This document shows positions 1 to 9,065 of a stretch of 58,380 bases of DNA, one piece after another (the stretch's first letter is position 1; every line of letters begins with the position of its first letter). The translations under genes were made by a program, and so were the position numbers. The stretch is from NCBI GenBank assembly GCA_001780285.1, contig MFGN01000003.1:1-58380 (forward strand). Direction: 5' to 3'. The notes under the pieces were generated by a model, which saw nothing but the letters and a program-made list of their open reading frames with translations, made no database searches and was not told where the DNA came from. Source of the stretch: Candidatus Falkowbacteria bacterium RIFOXYD12_FULL_34_57 (GTDB lineage: Bacteria; Patescibacteriota; Patescibacteriia; Patescibacteriales; UBA12075).

Positions 1-152
1 AACCCAAATTATTAATTAATTTGAGTTAGATTTTATATGACTCAACCGATAGTAGCAAAGTTAGAAAATAGATGGCTCAATTCGGGTTATTTGCGATTTT
101 TATGTTGGTAATGTATTATTATTAATATAAATATTAATAAATATATAATTTT

Positions 153-422
153 ATGAAAGAAACATTGGGAAATGAACTAGAATCGATAGCTGTTGGCAGT
201 GGTTTGGTGATGCTTGGGCCGGCTGCTACCGAAGGTGTATTTAACATGATGACAAATGCCACAGAGGCTAATATTGCTTTTTTACCAAGTGAAATGCCGG
301 GATTGGAGAATTTTGTTGAGCTTGGAGTTGACACTGCACAAGGCTTGGCTCTTCCGTTAGCAACCTTTTTAATTATATGGGCAGGATTAAAACATGTGGT
401 TAAGGGGGTTAACGAGAAATAA
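153..422 (+). CDS. small hypothetical membrane protein
   Basis: 89-aa ATG ORF, C-terminal hydrophobic segment, co-oriented with downstream genes. Confidence 0.55.
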   Translation: MKETLGNELESIAVGSGLVMLGPAATEGVFNMMTNATEANIAFLPSEMPGLENFVELGVDTAQGLALPLATFLIIWAGLKHVVKGVNEK

Positions 423-439
423 TAAATAAAGATAAAAAT

Positions 440-670
440 ATGAATGATGATGACAAAAAATTACTGCAAAAGTTTGAAAATGTTGTTGGTAAAAATATGG
501 ACGAACAAGCTGCTGTTATGTTTTTTGCCAAGCTTAGTTTAAATGAGTATAACAGACTGATAGAAATTTTTGCAAATAATTATTTTCCGAACATTAAAGA
601 CAAAACTAAACAAAAAGTATTAGTCGTGTTGAAAAAATTAAAAGAAACATTAAAAAATAAAAGATGTTAA
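440..670 (+). CDS. hypothetical protein
   Basis: 76-aa ATG ORF overlapping the start of the next gene. Confidence 0.55.
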   Translation: MNDDDKKLLQKFENVVGKNMDEQAAVMFFAKLSLNEYNRLIEIFANNYFPNIKDKTKQKVLVVLKKLKETLKNKRC

Positions 671-975
671 AAAATTTTAAAGATCAACTTAACAAGGCGG
701 GAGAAGTTTATTTAAAAATTAAGGTGCATCCGGGGGCGCCAATATCTTGTGTTAAAGATATAATAATTGATAAAGATGATTGCGTTAATAACGAAATAAT
801 TAAGTTAAACATAAACGCCCTGCCTACACGAGGAAAAGCTAACCAAGAATTGATTAAATTTTTATCTAAAGAGTTTTCGGTGGATAAAAATAATGTTAAA
901 ATAATAAGCGGAGCCGGAAGTAGAATAAAATTAATTAAGGTAAACAACAAATTACAAACAACAAAAAACAAATAA
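664..975 (+). CDS. DUF167/YggU (UPF0235) family protein
   Basis: IKVHPGA...ALPTRGKANQELIKFLSK..V.K.NVKIISG..SR.K family pattern. Confidence 0.85.
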   Translation: MLKNFKDQLNKAGEVYLKIKVHPGAPISCVKDIIIDKDDCVNNEIIKLNINALPTRGKANQELIKFLSKEFSVDKNNVKIISGAGSRIKLIKVNNKLQTTKNK

Positions 976-1088
976 ATTTCAAATCTCAAGAATCAAAATT
1001 CAAAATAATGGTCAAAATGATAGTTTTAATTTTTTATGTTTCGAATTTATAATTTATTTGAAATTTGGTGCTTGGAATTTGTATTTTT
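942..1088. repeat. imperfect inverted repeat built from AAANNNC heptamers
   Basis: Left arm aaacaac-aaattac-aaacaac-aaaaaac-aaat-aaatttc; reverse complement of right arm aaaatac-aaattcc-aagcacc-aaatttc-aaat-aaattat. Confidence 0.6.
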
Positions 1089-1097
1089 AATTTAAAT

Positions 1098-1805
1098 ATG
1101 GATACAAAAATAAAAATGAATATTCCAAGCCATGTAGGAATTATTATGGATGGGAACAGGAGGTGGGCTCGTGAAAGAAATTTGCCCACACTCGAAGGTC
1201 ACTTTAATGGGTATAGAAAAATGCATCAAATTCCAGGATATTTTTACGCTGAAGGCGTAAAAATTGTTTCTGTTTATGCTTTTTCCACCGAAAACTGGAA
1301 CAGAAGCCGAGATGAAGTAAATTACTTAATGAAATTATTAAAAAAAGCATTGCAAGACGACCTGGAAGATTTTCAAAAAAAAGAATATAGATTGTTTGTG
1401 AGTGGTCGAATTAATGATTTACCCGGAGATTTGCCTGAGATTTGTGTGCATGCTATGAGTGAAACTGCTAATAATAAAAATGGAATTTTGAATATTTGTT
1501 TGAACTACGGAGGACAATCAGAAATTGTGGATGCGGTAAAAAAGATTTTAAAAAAAGGAATTAAACCAGAACATGTACACAGGGGAATGATTAGAAAATA
1601 TTTATATAACAGTGAAATTTCCGACCCGGACATCATCGTTAGAACTTCTGGTGAAAAAAGATTGTCGGGTTTTCAATTGTGGCGTTCCGCTTATAGTGAA
1701 TTATTATTTATGGAAAAATATTGGCCAGATTTTGAAAAAGATGATGTACAGTTTATTTTAAAAGAATACAATAATCGTAATCGAAGATTTGGGGGAGATG
1801 AATAA
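1098..1805 (+). CDS. uppS: undecaprenyl diphosphate synthase (cis-prenyltransferase)
   Basis: HVGIIMDGNRRWA, YAFSTENWNR, NYGG, DPDIIVRTSGEKRLSGF, RRFGG; ATG 1098 preferred over TTG 1065. Confidence 0.95.
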   Translation: MDTKIKMNIPSHVGIIMDGNRRWARERNLPTLEGHFNGYRKMHQIPGYFYAEGVKIVSVYAFSTENWNRSRDEVNYLMKLLKKALQDDLEDFQKKEYRLFVSGRINDLPGDLPEICVHAMSETANNKNGILNICLNYGGQSEIVDAVKKILKKGIKPEHVHRGMIRKYLYNSEISDPDIIVRTSGEKRLSGFQLWRSAYSELLFMEKYWPDFEKDDVQFILKEYNNRNRRFGGDE

Positions 1806-1905
1806 AAACCGTAAAGTTAAGAGTGAAAAGTAAAAAGCTAGAAAGTTGTTTGCACGACAAACTTATAATTATTTAAACAACCCCTTTATTTTTATAAGAA
1901 TATTT

Positions 1906-3387
1906 ATGTTGAAGTTTCGAATTTTTTTATGGTCGTGTCTTTTTTTTATTTTAGGATTTTTTATTTATAATGGAATTACTCCAGGCGGCCACAAGGTATA
2001 TTGTCAGAATTTTGAAAAACAAAATTATTTCATTGGTAAATTGAGTCCGGAGACAAGGGTTGGTGCGGGGAATAAAAATATTAACAACGCCTTAGTGGGA
2101 AATCCTATATATTTTTCTCTAAAAACACTACGCAAATTTGACGAAGCCACCATTAATTTAAAATATAAAAATTCAAACGACCTGCCTTTGATTGAGGCGG
2201 GTATTTTGGTTGACAATACTATTTGGCGATACGACCTTAGGGGGATTGAAAATAAATTAATAGAACAGCTTGTTTACGTTTGGGATGTTTTTCGGGATAA
2301 TGATTTGATTTTCCTACAGAGAGAAAAAAAATATAATAGTATCTCTGAATTTTTAGATAATCCACCCGATAGTGCAAAAATAGCCACATATAACTATACT
2401 CTGGACATGGAATATATTTTGTCTGATTATCGGAAAAGGGCTGAAAATGAAATTATTTCTAATATTCCCGCACTTCGCGGTTCTTATCAATTTTTTACCT
2501 ATATTAAGGATGAAGAATTTAATTTTGAATTTGAATTTTTGGATTTAAATGAGAATAAAGATGAGGATCAAATAAATTTGCACTTGTACTATAATGACAC
2601 CTTGATAAAAACGGCACACCTAGATGATGACGGTATCTTCAGTGATAACGGTAGCACTACAAAATCAAGAATAATTAATATGCAGGTTAATGATCTTCCA
2701 GAAGGGGTCTATAAAGTTGAATTAAGGGCAAATGACGATATAGTAACTCAAAAAATAAACACCAAACAAAACAAGATATCATTTTTAAATAAATTATATC
2801 TTTATAGGGGTGGTAAAAGTAATTTTAGTATTTATACTGATAGTAAAAAAATACAATCTAAAACTGTTTACCCAGGTAGTTTGCAAATTTTGAAATCAGG
2901 GAGCAGTGAAATGATAATAAACGAAACCTATAAGCAGTTTGAAATGAATATGCCTGAAACTTCTTCAACTACTAAATATTACGAGATATTGATTCAAAAA
3001 GACGGGCTTATCCTTACTGGTGATGGGGTATTTAGTTTTAATCCAAGAGAGCTTTTAAATCCAAGGTTTAGAAGGGCTGATTATAATTTGGATATTAATA
3101 ATGGAAATATTGATTATATTTTAGCCAGATATAATCTTGTGCAAAAAAATGAGGAGTTGCGTATAACCTCTGCTGTCTTTGATTTGAAAAATGCTTATCG
3201 CCATACATATAAATATCAATTGGTTGATTCTGGTGAATATAATTTTTTAATTTCTATTCCCGATCTAAAATTGGAGGATAATAAAAGAATTGAAATAGAA
3301 GAAATTTGCGTAAATCTAAAAGGAAAATCATTAAAAGAAAAAATATTATCACTAACTTTCCCACTTTACGAGGGTCGTGAACAATAA
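1906..3387 (+). CDS. membrane-anchored hypothetical protein
   Basis: Long ORF with N-terminal TM after ATG 1906, followed by a large soluble region. Confidence 0.75.
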   Translation: MLKFRIFLWSCLFFILGFFIYNGITPGGHKVYCQNFEKQNYFIGKLSPETRVGAGNKNINNALVGNPIYFSLKTLRKFDEATINLKYKNSNDLPLIEAGILVDNTIWRYDLRGIENKLIEQLVYVWDVFRDNDLIFLQREKKYNSISEFLDNPPDSAKIATYNYTLDMEYILSDYRKRAENEIISNIPALRGSYQFFTYIKDEEFNFEFEFLDLNENKDEDQINLHLYYNDTLIKTAHLDDDGIFSDNGSTTKSRIINMQVNDLPEGVYKVELRANDDIVTQKINTKQNKISFLNKLYLYRGGKSNFSIYTDSKKIQSKTVYPGSLQILKSGSSEMIINETYKQFEMNMPETSSTTKYYEILIQKDGLILTGDGVFSFNPRELLNPRFRRADYNLDINNGNIDYILARYNLVQKNEELRITSAVFDLKNAYRHTYKYQLVDSGEYNFLISIPDLKLEDNKRIEIEEICVNLKGKSLKEKILSLTFPLYEGREQ

Positions 3388-3418
3388 AATCTTTAAAAAT
3401 GGGGAAATTTTGATTTTC

Positions 3419-3595
3419 ATGAAAATATTGCTTATAACCAAAGAAATTTTTTATTTGTTGACAGGTTTGCTGTTTTCTTTTATTTTATTGGAAATTTTCT
3501 GGACAGGACTTATTTTATCCTTTTTTAATATCAATTTACTATTGATTTTTTGGTTAATACTTGTTATGTTTATACTATATTTTAAAAAATATTAA
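3419..3595 (+). CDS. small two-TM membrane protein
   Basis: Hydrophobic ORF filling the gap between co-oriented genes. Confidence 0.6.
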   Translation: MKILLITKEIFYLLTGLLFSFILLEIFWTGLILSFFNINLLLIFWLILVMFILYFKKY

Positions 3596-3601
3596 CAGTT
3601 T

Positions 3602-4645
3602 ATGTTTACACGACACAATGAAAAAGTTTTTAAATTTCTTCCATTAATTTTGTTTTTTGTGTTTTTTATTTTACCCAGTCTGGGTAAAAATGGATTTTTT
3701 ATATTATTAATTATAATTTTATTTTTTGTGGTTAAAAACATTGTTTCAGGCTATAAAAACGACTTAAAAATAAAAGACATGTCAAAAATAATTGATGTGG
3801 ATAAAATTAAATTTATGAACAAAACAAAACATTCATTAATTTCCATTATTTTATTAGTTTTGGTTTTTTGGCTCTTTTTTGCTTCTATTGTTATTGTGGA
3901 TGCTGGTGAAACAGGCGTTTATTCTTTATTTGGAAGAGTTAAAGACAAAGAATTATCATCTGGATTTCATTTGGTGATACCATTGGCCAAGGTCGCTAAA
4001 ATGAGCATTAGAACCGAGGAATACACTATGAGTATTGCCCAGGGAGAGGGAAAAAGGGTTGGAGCCGATGCTATCACCTCTTTAACCAAAGAAGGTCTTA
4101 GTGTGGATTTAGACATGACCGTTCTTTATCGTCTAAATGAAGAACAAGCATCCGATTTATATAGTAAGGTTGGATTAAATTATGAAGAAAAGATTTTGCG
4201 CCCAGCTATTAGAACATCTATCAGGGATATTATTGCGCAATACGAAGCCAAGGACATTTATTCGGAAAAAAGAGAAGAGGCAGCTGATAAAATCCTTGAG
4301 GCTTTAAGGAATAACGTGGTTACAAGGGGTGTTATTGTGGAAGATGTTATGCTTCGAAATGTATCTTTGCCGGCAGGGCTTACAAGTGCTATTCAGGAAA
4401 AACTAAAAGCTGAACAAGAAGCGCAAAAATATGAATTTTTACTCGACAGAGAGATGAAGGAAAAACAAAGAAAAATTATTGAAGCCGAGGGTCAGCGCGA
4501 TGCGCAACAAATTATCAATGAGAGCTTAACCACTAACTATTTATATTATTTATATATTAGCGACTTAAAGAGTAGAGAGGGAACCATATATGTACCAACC
4601 AGTCCCACCACAGGCATGCCGTTGTTTAAGAATTTAGGTAATTAA
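3602..4645 (+). CDS. SPFH/prohibitin (band 7) family protein
   Basis: IVDAGETGV..LFG, TKEGLSVDLD, AIQEKLKAEQEAQ, IIEAEG. Confidence 0.9.
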   Translation: MFTRHNEKVFKFLPLILFFVFFILPSLGKNGFFILLIIILFFVVKNIVSGYKNDLKIKDMSKIIDVDKIKFMNKTKHSLISIILLVLVFWLFFASIVIVDAGETGVYSLFGRVKDKELSSGFHLVIPLAKVAKMSIRTEEYTMSIAQGEGKRVGADAITSLTKEGLSVDLDMTVLYRLNEEQASDLYSKVGLNYEEKILRPAIRTSIRDIIAQYEAKDIYSEKREEAADKILEALRNNVVTRGVIVEDVMLRNVSLPAGLTSAIQEKLKAEQEAQKYEFLLDREMKEKQRKIIEAEGQRDAQQIINESLTTNYLYYLYISDLKSREGTIYVPTSPTTGMPLFKNLGN

Positions 4646-4660
4646 ATAATTAAAACCAAT

Positions 4661-5116
4661 ATGATTCACGGGGTTGTTATAAAAAAATTAAACAAATATC
4701 AAGATGATCGAGGATGGCTTTCCGAAGTATTTAGGCATGATGAACACGATTATATGCCATCAATGTCTTATATAAGTGTAACAAAACCAGGGGTTGTGCG
4801 CGGACCGCATGAACATGTCTATCAGTGGGACTGTTTTGTTTTTGTGGGACCCGGAACTTTTGAGGTTTATCTTTGGGATCGAAGAAATGAATCTGACACA
4901 CACGAAAGACATATCAAAATAGAGGTGGGAGAAGAATCTCCCACTATGATAATGGTGCCACCGGGGGTGGTGCATGCTTATAAATGCATTTCCGGATATG
5001 ATGCTTGGTGTATAAATATGCCGAATAAATTGTTTAAAGGAATTCAAAAAGGAGATGAAGCAATAGACGAGATTAGATGGGAAGAGCGCGATGATTCTCC
5101 TTATAAAATTGATTAG
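4661..5116 (+). CDS. rfbC: dTDP-4-dehydrorhamnose 3,5-epimerase family
   Basis: DDRGWLSE, PGVVRGPHEH, VPPGVVHAY cupin motifs; near rfbB/rfbD. Confidence 0.85.
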   Translation: MIHGVVIKKLNKYQDDRGWLSEVFRHDEHDYMPSMSYISVTKPGVVRGPHEHVYQWDCFVFVGPGTFEVYLWDRRNESDTHERHIKIEVGEESPTMIMVPPGVVHAYKCISGYDAWCINMPNKLFKGIQKGDEAIDEIRWEERDDSPYKID

Positions 5117-5221
5117 TATCCGTTATTGAGAATTTTATCTATATTTAATTTTATTTTAAAAAATGTTTAATTATTCGCATGTGCCCTATTTATAGTTGGG
5201 CTTTCGCGAAGAGAAATAACT

Positions 5222-5626
5222 ATGGATTGTATTTTTTGTAAAATAATAGCAGGTGATATCCCAAGCTATAAAGTTTATGAGGATAAACAGGTATTGGCAT
5301 TTTTTGATATTTTGCCTATTAGCCCTGGACACACCATTATTGTCCCTAAAAAACATTTATCGGATTTAGAAGATTTAACCAATGAAGAATTTTCTGCTAT
5401 AGCCCTAGCTACTAAAAAAATTGGTAAAGCGGTTCTGAGCGGCCTTGATGTCAAGGGATATAGTATTTTTTTGGATAATAAAAGCGCAGCCAATCAGCAT
5501 GTCCCCCACATTCACTTTCACTTGGTGCCAAGAAAAGAGGGTGATGGACTCGAAAGATGGCCACAAAGCGGATATGAACAAAATGAAGCGGAATTTTTCT
5601 TGAAAAAAATAAAAGCAGAGTTATAA
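5222..5626 (+). CDS. HIT family protein
   Basis: DCIFCKI, GHTIIVPKKH, HIHFH triad. Confidence 0.92.
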   Translation: MDCIFCKIIAGDIPSYKVYEDKQVLAFFDILPISPGHTIIVPKKHLSDLEDLTNEEFSAIALATKKIGKAVLSGLDVKGYSIFLDNKSAANQHVPHIHFHLVPRKEGDGLERWPQSGYEQNEAEFFLKKIKAEL

Positions 5627-5669
5627 AACCCGCGAATCAATATGCGGATATAGCTCAAAAAAATGATAT

Positions 5670-6077
5670 ATGTCTGATTGTGTTTTTTGTAAAATCGTAA
5701 AAGGAGAAATCTCTAGTTATAAAATTTATGAAGATGATAGTTTTTTTGCATTTTTAGATATTAGTCCGAGAAATTTAGGACACACCCTTGTAATTCCTAA
5801 AAAACATTATCGCTGGGTTTGGGATGTGGAAAATATTGGTAATTATTACGAAGTAGTTAAAGATATTGCAAATGCCATCAAACGAGCTTGTAATACTGAT
5901 TATATAGTTTCTACTGTTTTTGGAGAAGATGTTCCACATGCACATGTTTGGCTTATTCCGAGGTATAAAAATGACGGACATGGGGATGCGATTGATCTAG
6001 AAAATGTTAAAAAATTCAGTGAAAGTGAAATGAAAAATATTGCCAAAGAGATATCGCAACAGATAAAAATCAAATAA
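5670..6077 (+). CDS. HIT family protein (HAHVW variant)
   Basis: DCVFCKI, GHTLVIPKKH, HAHVWLIPR. Confidence 0.9.
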   Translation: MSDCVFCKIVKGEISSYKIYEDDSFFAFLDISPRNLGHTLVIPKKHYRWVWDVENIGNYYEVVKDIANAIKRACNTDYIVSTVFGEDVPHAHVWLIPRYKNDGHGDAIDLENVKKFSESEMKNIAKEISQQIKIK

Positions 6078-6135
6078 TAAAATTTATTAGCAATTCGCGG
6101 TATTTATATAAAATTCGCGGATTAGTATCACACAG

Positions 6136-7137
6136 ATGAAGATATTGGTTACGGGGGGGGCGGGATTTATTGGATCCAACTTCATACATTATTGGTTAGG
6201 AAAACATCCAGATGATAATATTATCAATCTGGATCTTTTGACTTATGCCGGAAATCTGGAAAATTTAAAAGAAATAGAACATTTAAACAACTATGAATTC
6301 GTGCGAGGTGATATTTGTGATCGCGATTTAGTAAATGATTTAGTAAAAAAGGTAGATTTAATTGTGCATTTTGCAGCCGAATCTCATGTTGATCGGTCAG
6401 TATTTAGTCCGCGAAAATTTGTAGATACCAACATAGCGGGTACCCATAATTTACTTGAAGCAGCCCGGAATACGGGTGGAGTACGTTTTCATCATATTTC
6501 CACAGATGAGGTTTATGGACACCTGGGTCCTAATGACCCACCTTTTAACGAAAAGACTCCATATGCTCCCAGAAGTCCCTATAGCGCCTCCAAGGCTGCT
6601 TCTGACATGTTGGTTCAGGTCTATTTTACTACCTATAAGCTACCAATAACTATATCACACTGCTCTAATAATTATGGACGTTTTCAATTTCCGGAAAAAC
6701 TAATACCTTTAATTATCACTAATTTAATGTTGGGTAAAAAAATCCCGCTTTATGGAGACGGAAAACAAATCAGGGACTGGATTCATGTGGATGACCACAA
6801 CAGGGGGGTAGAAACAATAATTGAAAAGGGTCGTATTGGAGATACATATTGTTTGGGCGGAAATAATGAGGTAACAAATATAGATATTGCTCGCATGATT
6901 TTGGATATCATGGGTCATGATGAAGATAAAATTGAACATGTAGCTGATCGCCCCGGACACGATGTTAGATATGCTATTGATTTTTCAAAAATAAACAAAG
7001 AATTAAACTGGGAACCAAAAATTGATTTTCAAAAAGGCTTGCGGGAAAAGATAAAATGGATGATAGAAAATGAACAGTGGTGGAGAAGAATCAGAAGCGG
7101 TGAGTATCAGGATTATTATAAACAACAATACGGATAA
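6136..7137 (+). CDS. rfbB: dTDP-glucose 4,6-dehydratase
   Basis: GGAGFIG, HFAAESHVDRS, STDEVYG, YSASK, DRPGHD. Confidence 0.96.
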   Translation: MKILVTGGAGFIGSNFIHYWLGKHPDDNIINLDLLTYAGNLENLKEIEHLNNYEFVRGDICDRDLVNDLVKKVDLIVHFAAESHVDRSVFSPRKFVDTNIAGTHNLLEAARNTGGVRFHHISTDEVYGHLGPNDPPFNEKTPYAPRSPYSASKAASDMLVQVYFTTYKLPITISHCSNNYGRFQFPEKLIPLIITNLMLGKKIPLYGDGKQIRDWIHVDDHNRGVETIIEKGRIGDTYCLGGNNEVTNIDIARMILDIMGHDEDKIEHVADRPGHDVRYAIDFSKINKELNWEPKIDFQKGLREKIKWMIENEQWWRRIRSGEYQDYYKQQYG

Positions 7138-7166
7138 ATTCTAATTTATAAGCCTTAATTTATTTT

Positions 7167-7877
7167 ATGAAAAGGATTATTCTCCTAGGTTTAACTACTA
7201 CCCCCAAATCTGATTGGCGGGCCAAGGTTGAGGAAATAAAAAAATTTAATATAAAAGAAGTAGCTCTTTTTCTTACCTTTATAGACCAAAAAAGAAGAAA
7301 AGAACTATATATATTATTAGAAGATTCTCCCTTAAAAAGTGTTCCTCATGTGCACATTAAAGATGATATGGAAGAATGGGAAATTGATTATCTAATAAAT
7401 AAGTATGGCGTAAAAGTTTTTAATACACATATTGATCGCGATTATGAGAGATACCTAAAAATGCGAAATTTGAAAGATAAATTGTATATTGAAAATTGCG
7501 AAAGGGTTGATGAAGATTTTGAAAAAGCAGTAAAAAAATCAGCCGGAATTTGCTTTGATGTGGCTCATTTTCATGATATTGGTTTAAAAATAGGATTATA
7601 TCCTCATCTGCCGGCATTAATGGAAAAATATAAAGTAGGTTGTTGCCATGTTTCCGCAATAAGGGATGGAGTTTTTTATAAGTGGGTAAATCCGCTTACA
7701 AAAAAAGAATATCAGTTGTGTGATTATCATTATTTGGAAGATTTAAGCGAGTTGGATTATGTTGTAAACTATTTAAAATATTTACCAAAATATGTAAGTA
7801 TTGAATTAGAAAATTCTTTTGCGGAGCAATTGAGGGCAAAGGAGTATTTAGAAAAAATTATTAATAATATCGCATAA
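7167..7877 (+). CDS. hypothetical protein, xylose-isomerase-like TIM barrel
   Basis: IEN, CFDVAH, CHVS, SIELEN spaced like AP-endonuclease-2 metal ligands. Confidence 0.55.
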   Translation: MKRIILLGLTTTPKSDWRAKVEEIKKFNIKEVALFLTFIDQKRRKELYILLEDSPLKSVPHVHIKDDMEEWEIDYLINKYGVKVFNTHIDRDYERYLKMRNLKDKLYIENCERVDEDFEKAVKKSAGICFDVAHFHDIGLKIGLYPHLPALMEKYKVGCCHVSAIRDGVFYKWVNPLTKKEYQLCDYHYLEDLSELDYVVNYLKYLPKYVSIELENSFAEQLRAKEYLEKIINNIA

Positions 7878-7924
7878 GCGATTCCAGGGTTTTAATTTTT
7901 AGTTTGAAATATATGATTATTCCA

Positions 7925-8797
7925 ATGGGACAAGCTGACAAAATTTTAATATTAGGCGCGCGAGGTAATTTAGGCGGGCAATTGATGCGTGTTTTAGGAA
8001 ATAATTATCGTTTAATTTGCTGGGATCATGAGGATTTGGATATTACCAATAGAAATGAGGTTAATAAAAAAATTTACGAAGTTAAGCCCAATATTATTAT
8101 TAATACGGCTGCCTATAATGCGGTTGATAAATGTGAAGAAGTGCCAGAGGAATATCAAAAAGCTAAACTTTTGAACGGCGATGCAGTCGGTTTCATTGCC
8201 GATGCCGCTCTTTCTGTAAATTCATTATTTATTCATTATTCTACGGATTATGTGTTTGCGGGAGACAAACAAACTGGATACGCAGAAAAAGACGAACCTC
8301 ATCCAATTAGTAAATATGGAGAAACCAAGCTTTTAGGGGAACGCGAACTAGAACTTAGGGCTAGAAACAGTTTAAAATATTATTTAATTAGAACCTCAAA
8401 ACTTTTTGGACCAAAGGGAGAGAGTGATATGGCCAAACCTAATTTTTTTGATATTATGTTAAAAAAATCCGAAACCGTTGATAGATTAGACATTGTAAAT
8501 GAGGAAGTAAGCGCATTTACTTATACTTTTGACCTGGCTTGCGCCACTAAGGAATTAATTGAAGCAAAGCACAAATTTGGCATTTATCATATCACTAATA
8601 ATGGTGTATATACCTGGTTTGAGGCAGCACAAGAATTATTTAAATTATTAAAAAAAGATATTATTTTAAATCCGATTGCCAGCGCTAATTATCCGCGGCC
8701 CGCTAAAAGACCAGTTTTTTCAATACTTTTGAATACAAAATTAAAACCCCAAAGAAAATTCATAGAGGCATTAAGGGATTATGTAGAATTATTATGA
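7925..8797 (+). CDS. rfbD: dTDP-4-dehydrorhamnose reductase
   Basis: GARGNLG, AAYNAVD, STDYVF, YGETK, AKRP. Confidence 0.92.
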   Translation: MGQADKILILGARGNLGGQLMRVLGNNYRLICWDHEDLDITNRNEVNKKIYEVKPNIIINTAAYNAVDKCEEVPEEYQKAKLLNGDAVGFIADAALSVNSLFIHYSTDYVFAGDKQTGYAEKDEPHPISKYGETKLLGERELELRARNSLKYYLIRTSKLFGPKGESDMAKPNFFDIMLKKSETVDRLDIVNEEVSAFTYTFDLACATKELIEAKHKFGIYHITNNGVYTWFEAAQELFKLLKKDIILNPIASANYPRPAKRPVFSILLNTKLKPQRKFIEALRDYVELL

Positions 8798-8860
8798 ATT
8801 TGTAGTTTTTACCACTTTAAAAGTATTTTTTTTATTTAATTTTAGCAAATATTAACAATA

Positions 8861-8889
8861 TTGACACTTTAAGGCTTATTTTGTAGTAT
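8861..8889 (+). promoter_or_regulatory. sigma70 promoter of tRNA-Thr
   Basis: TTGACA-17 bp-TAGTAT ending about 10 nt before the tRNA. Confidence 0.65.
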
Positions 8890-8898
8890 ATGAATATT

Positions 8899-8972
8899 GC
8901 CACCCTAGCTCAGCTGGTTAGAGCAACTGTTTTGTAAACAGTAGGTCGTCGGTTCGAATCCGACGGGTGGCT
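8899..8972 (+). tRNA. tRNA-Thr(TGT), CCA not encoded
   Basis: Acceptor GCCACCC/GGGTGGC, D arm GCTC/GAGC, anticodon arm ACTGT-TTTGTAA-ACAGT, GGTTCGAATCC. Confidence 0.96.
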
Positions 8973-8977
8973 CATTT

Positions 8978-9007
8978 AAAAAATTTGCTTGTCAGCAAGT
9001 TTTTTTA
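8978..9007 (+). terminator. putative intrinsic terminator
   Basis: aatttgct-tgtc-agcaagtt followed by a T run. Confidence 0.55.
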
Positions 9008-9065
9008 GTATAAAGTATTAAGTAGGAGGTAGTGCATAGTATTTTGATTTATTATGAATTAATTT

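Noticed and set aside
1065-1097. Upstream TTG starts in the track (also 1846, 37929, 42547, 48939)
   Set aside because: The extensions fall in repeat or promoter DNA; downstream starts fit the family N-termini or SD better.
5222-6077. Recent tandem duplication of HIT
   Set aside because: Similarity is confined to family motifs; the C-terminal halves differ strongly.
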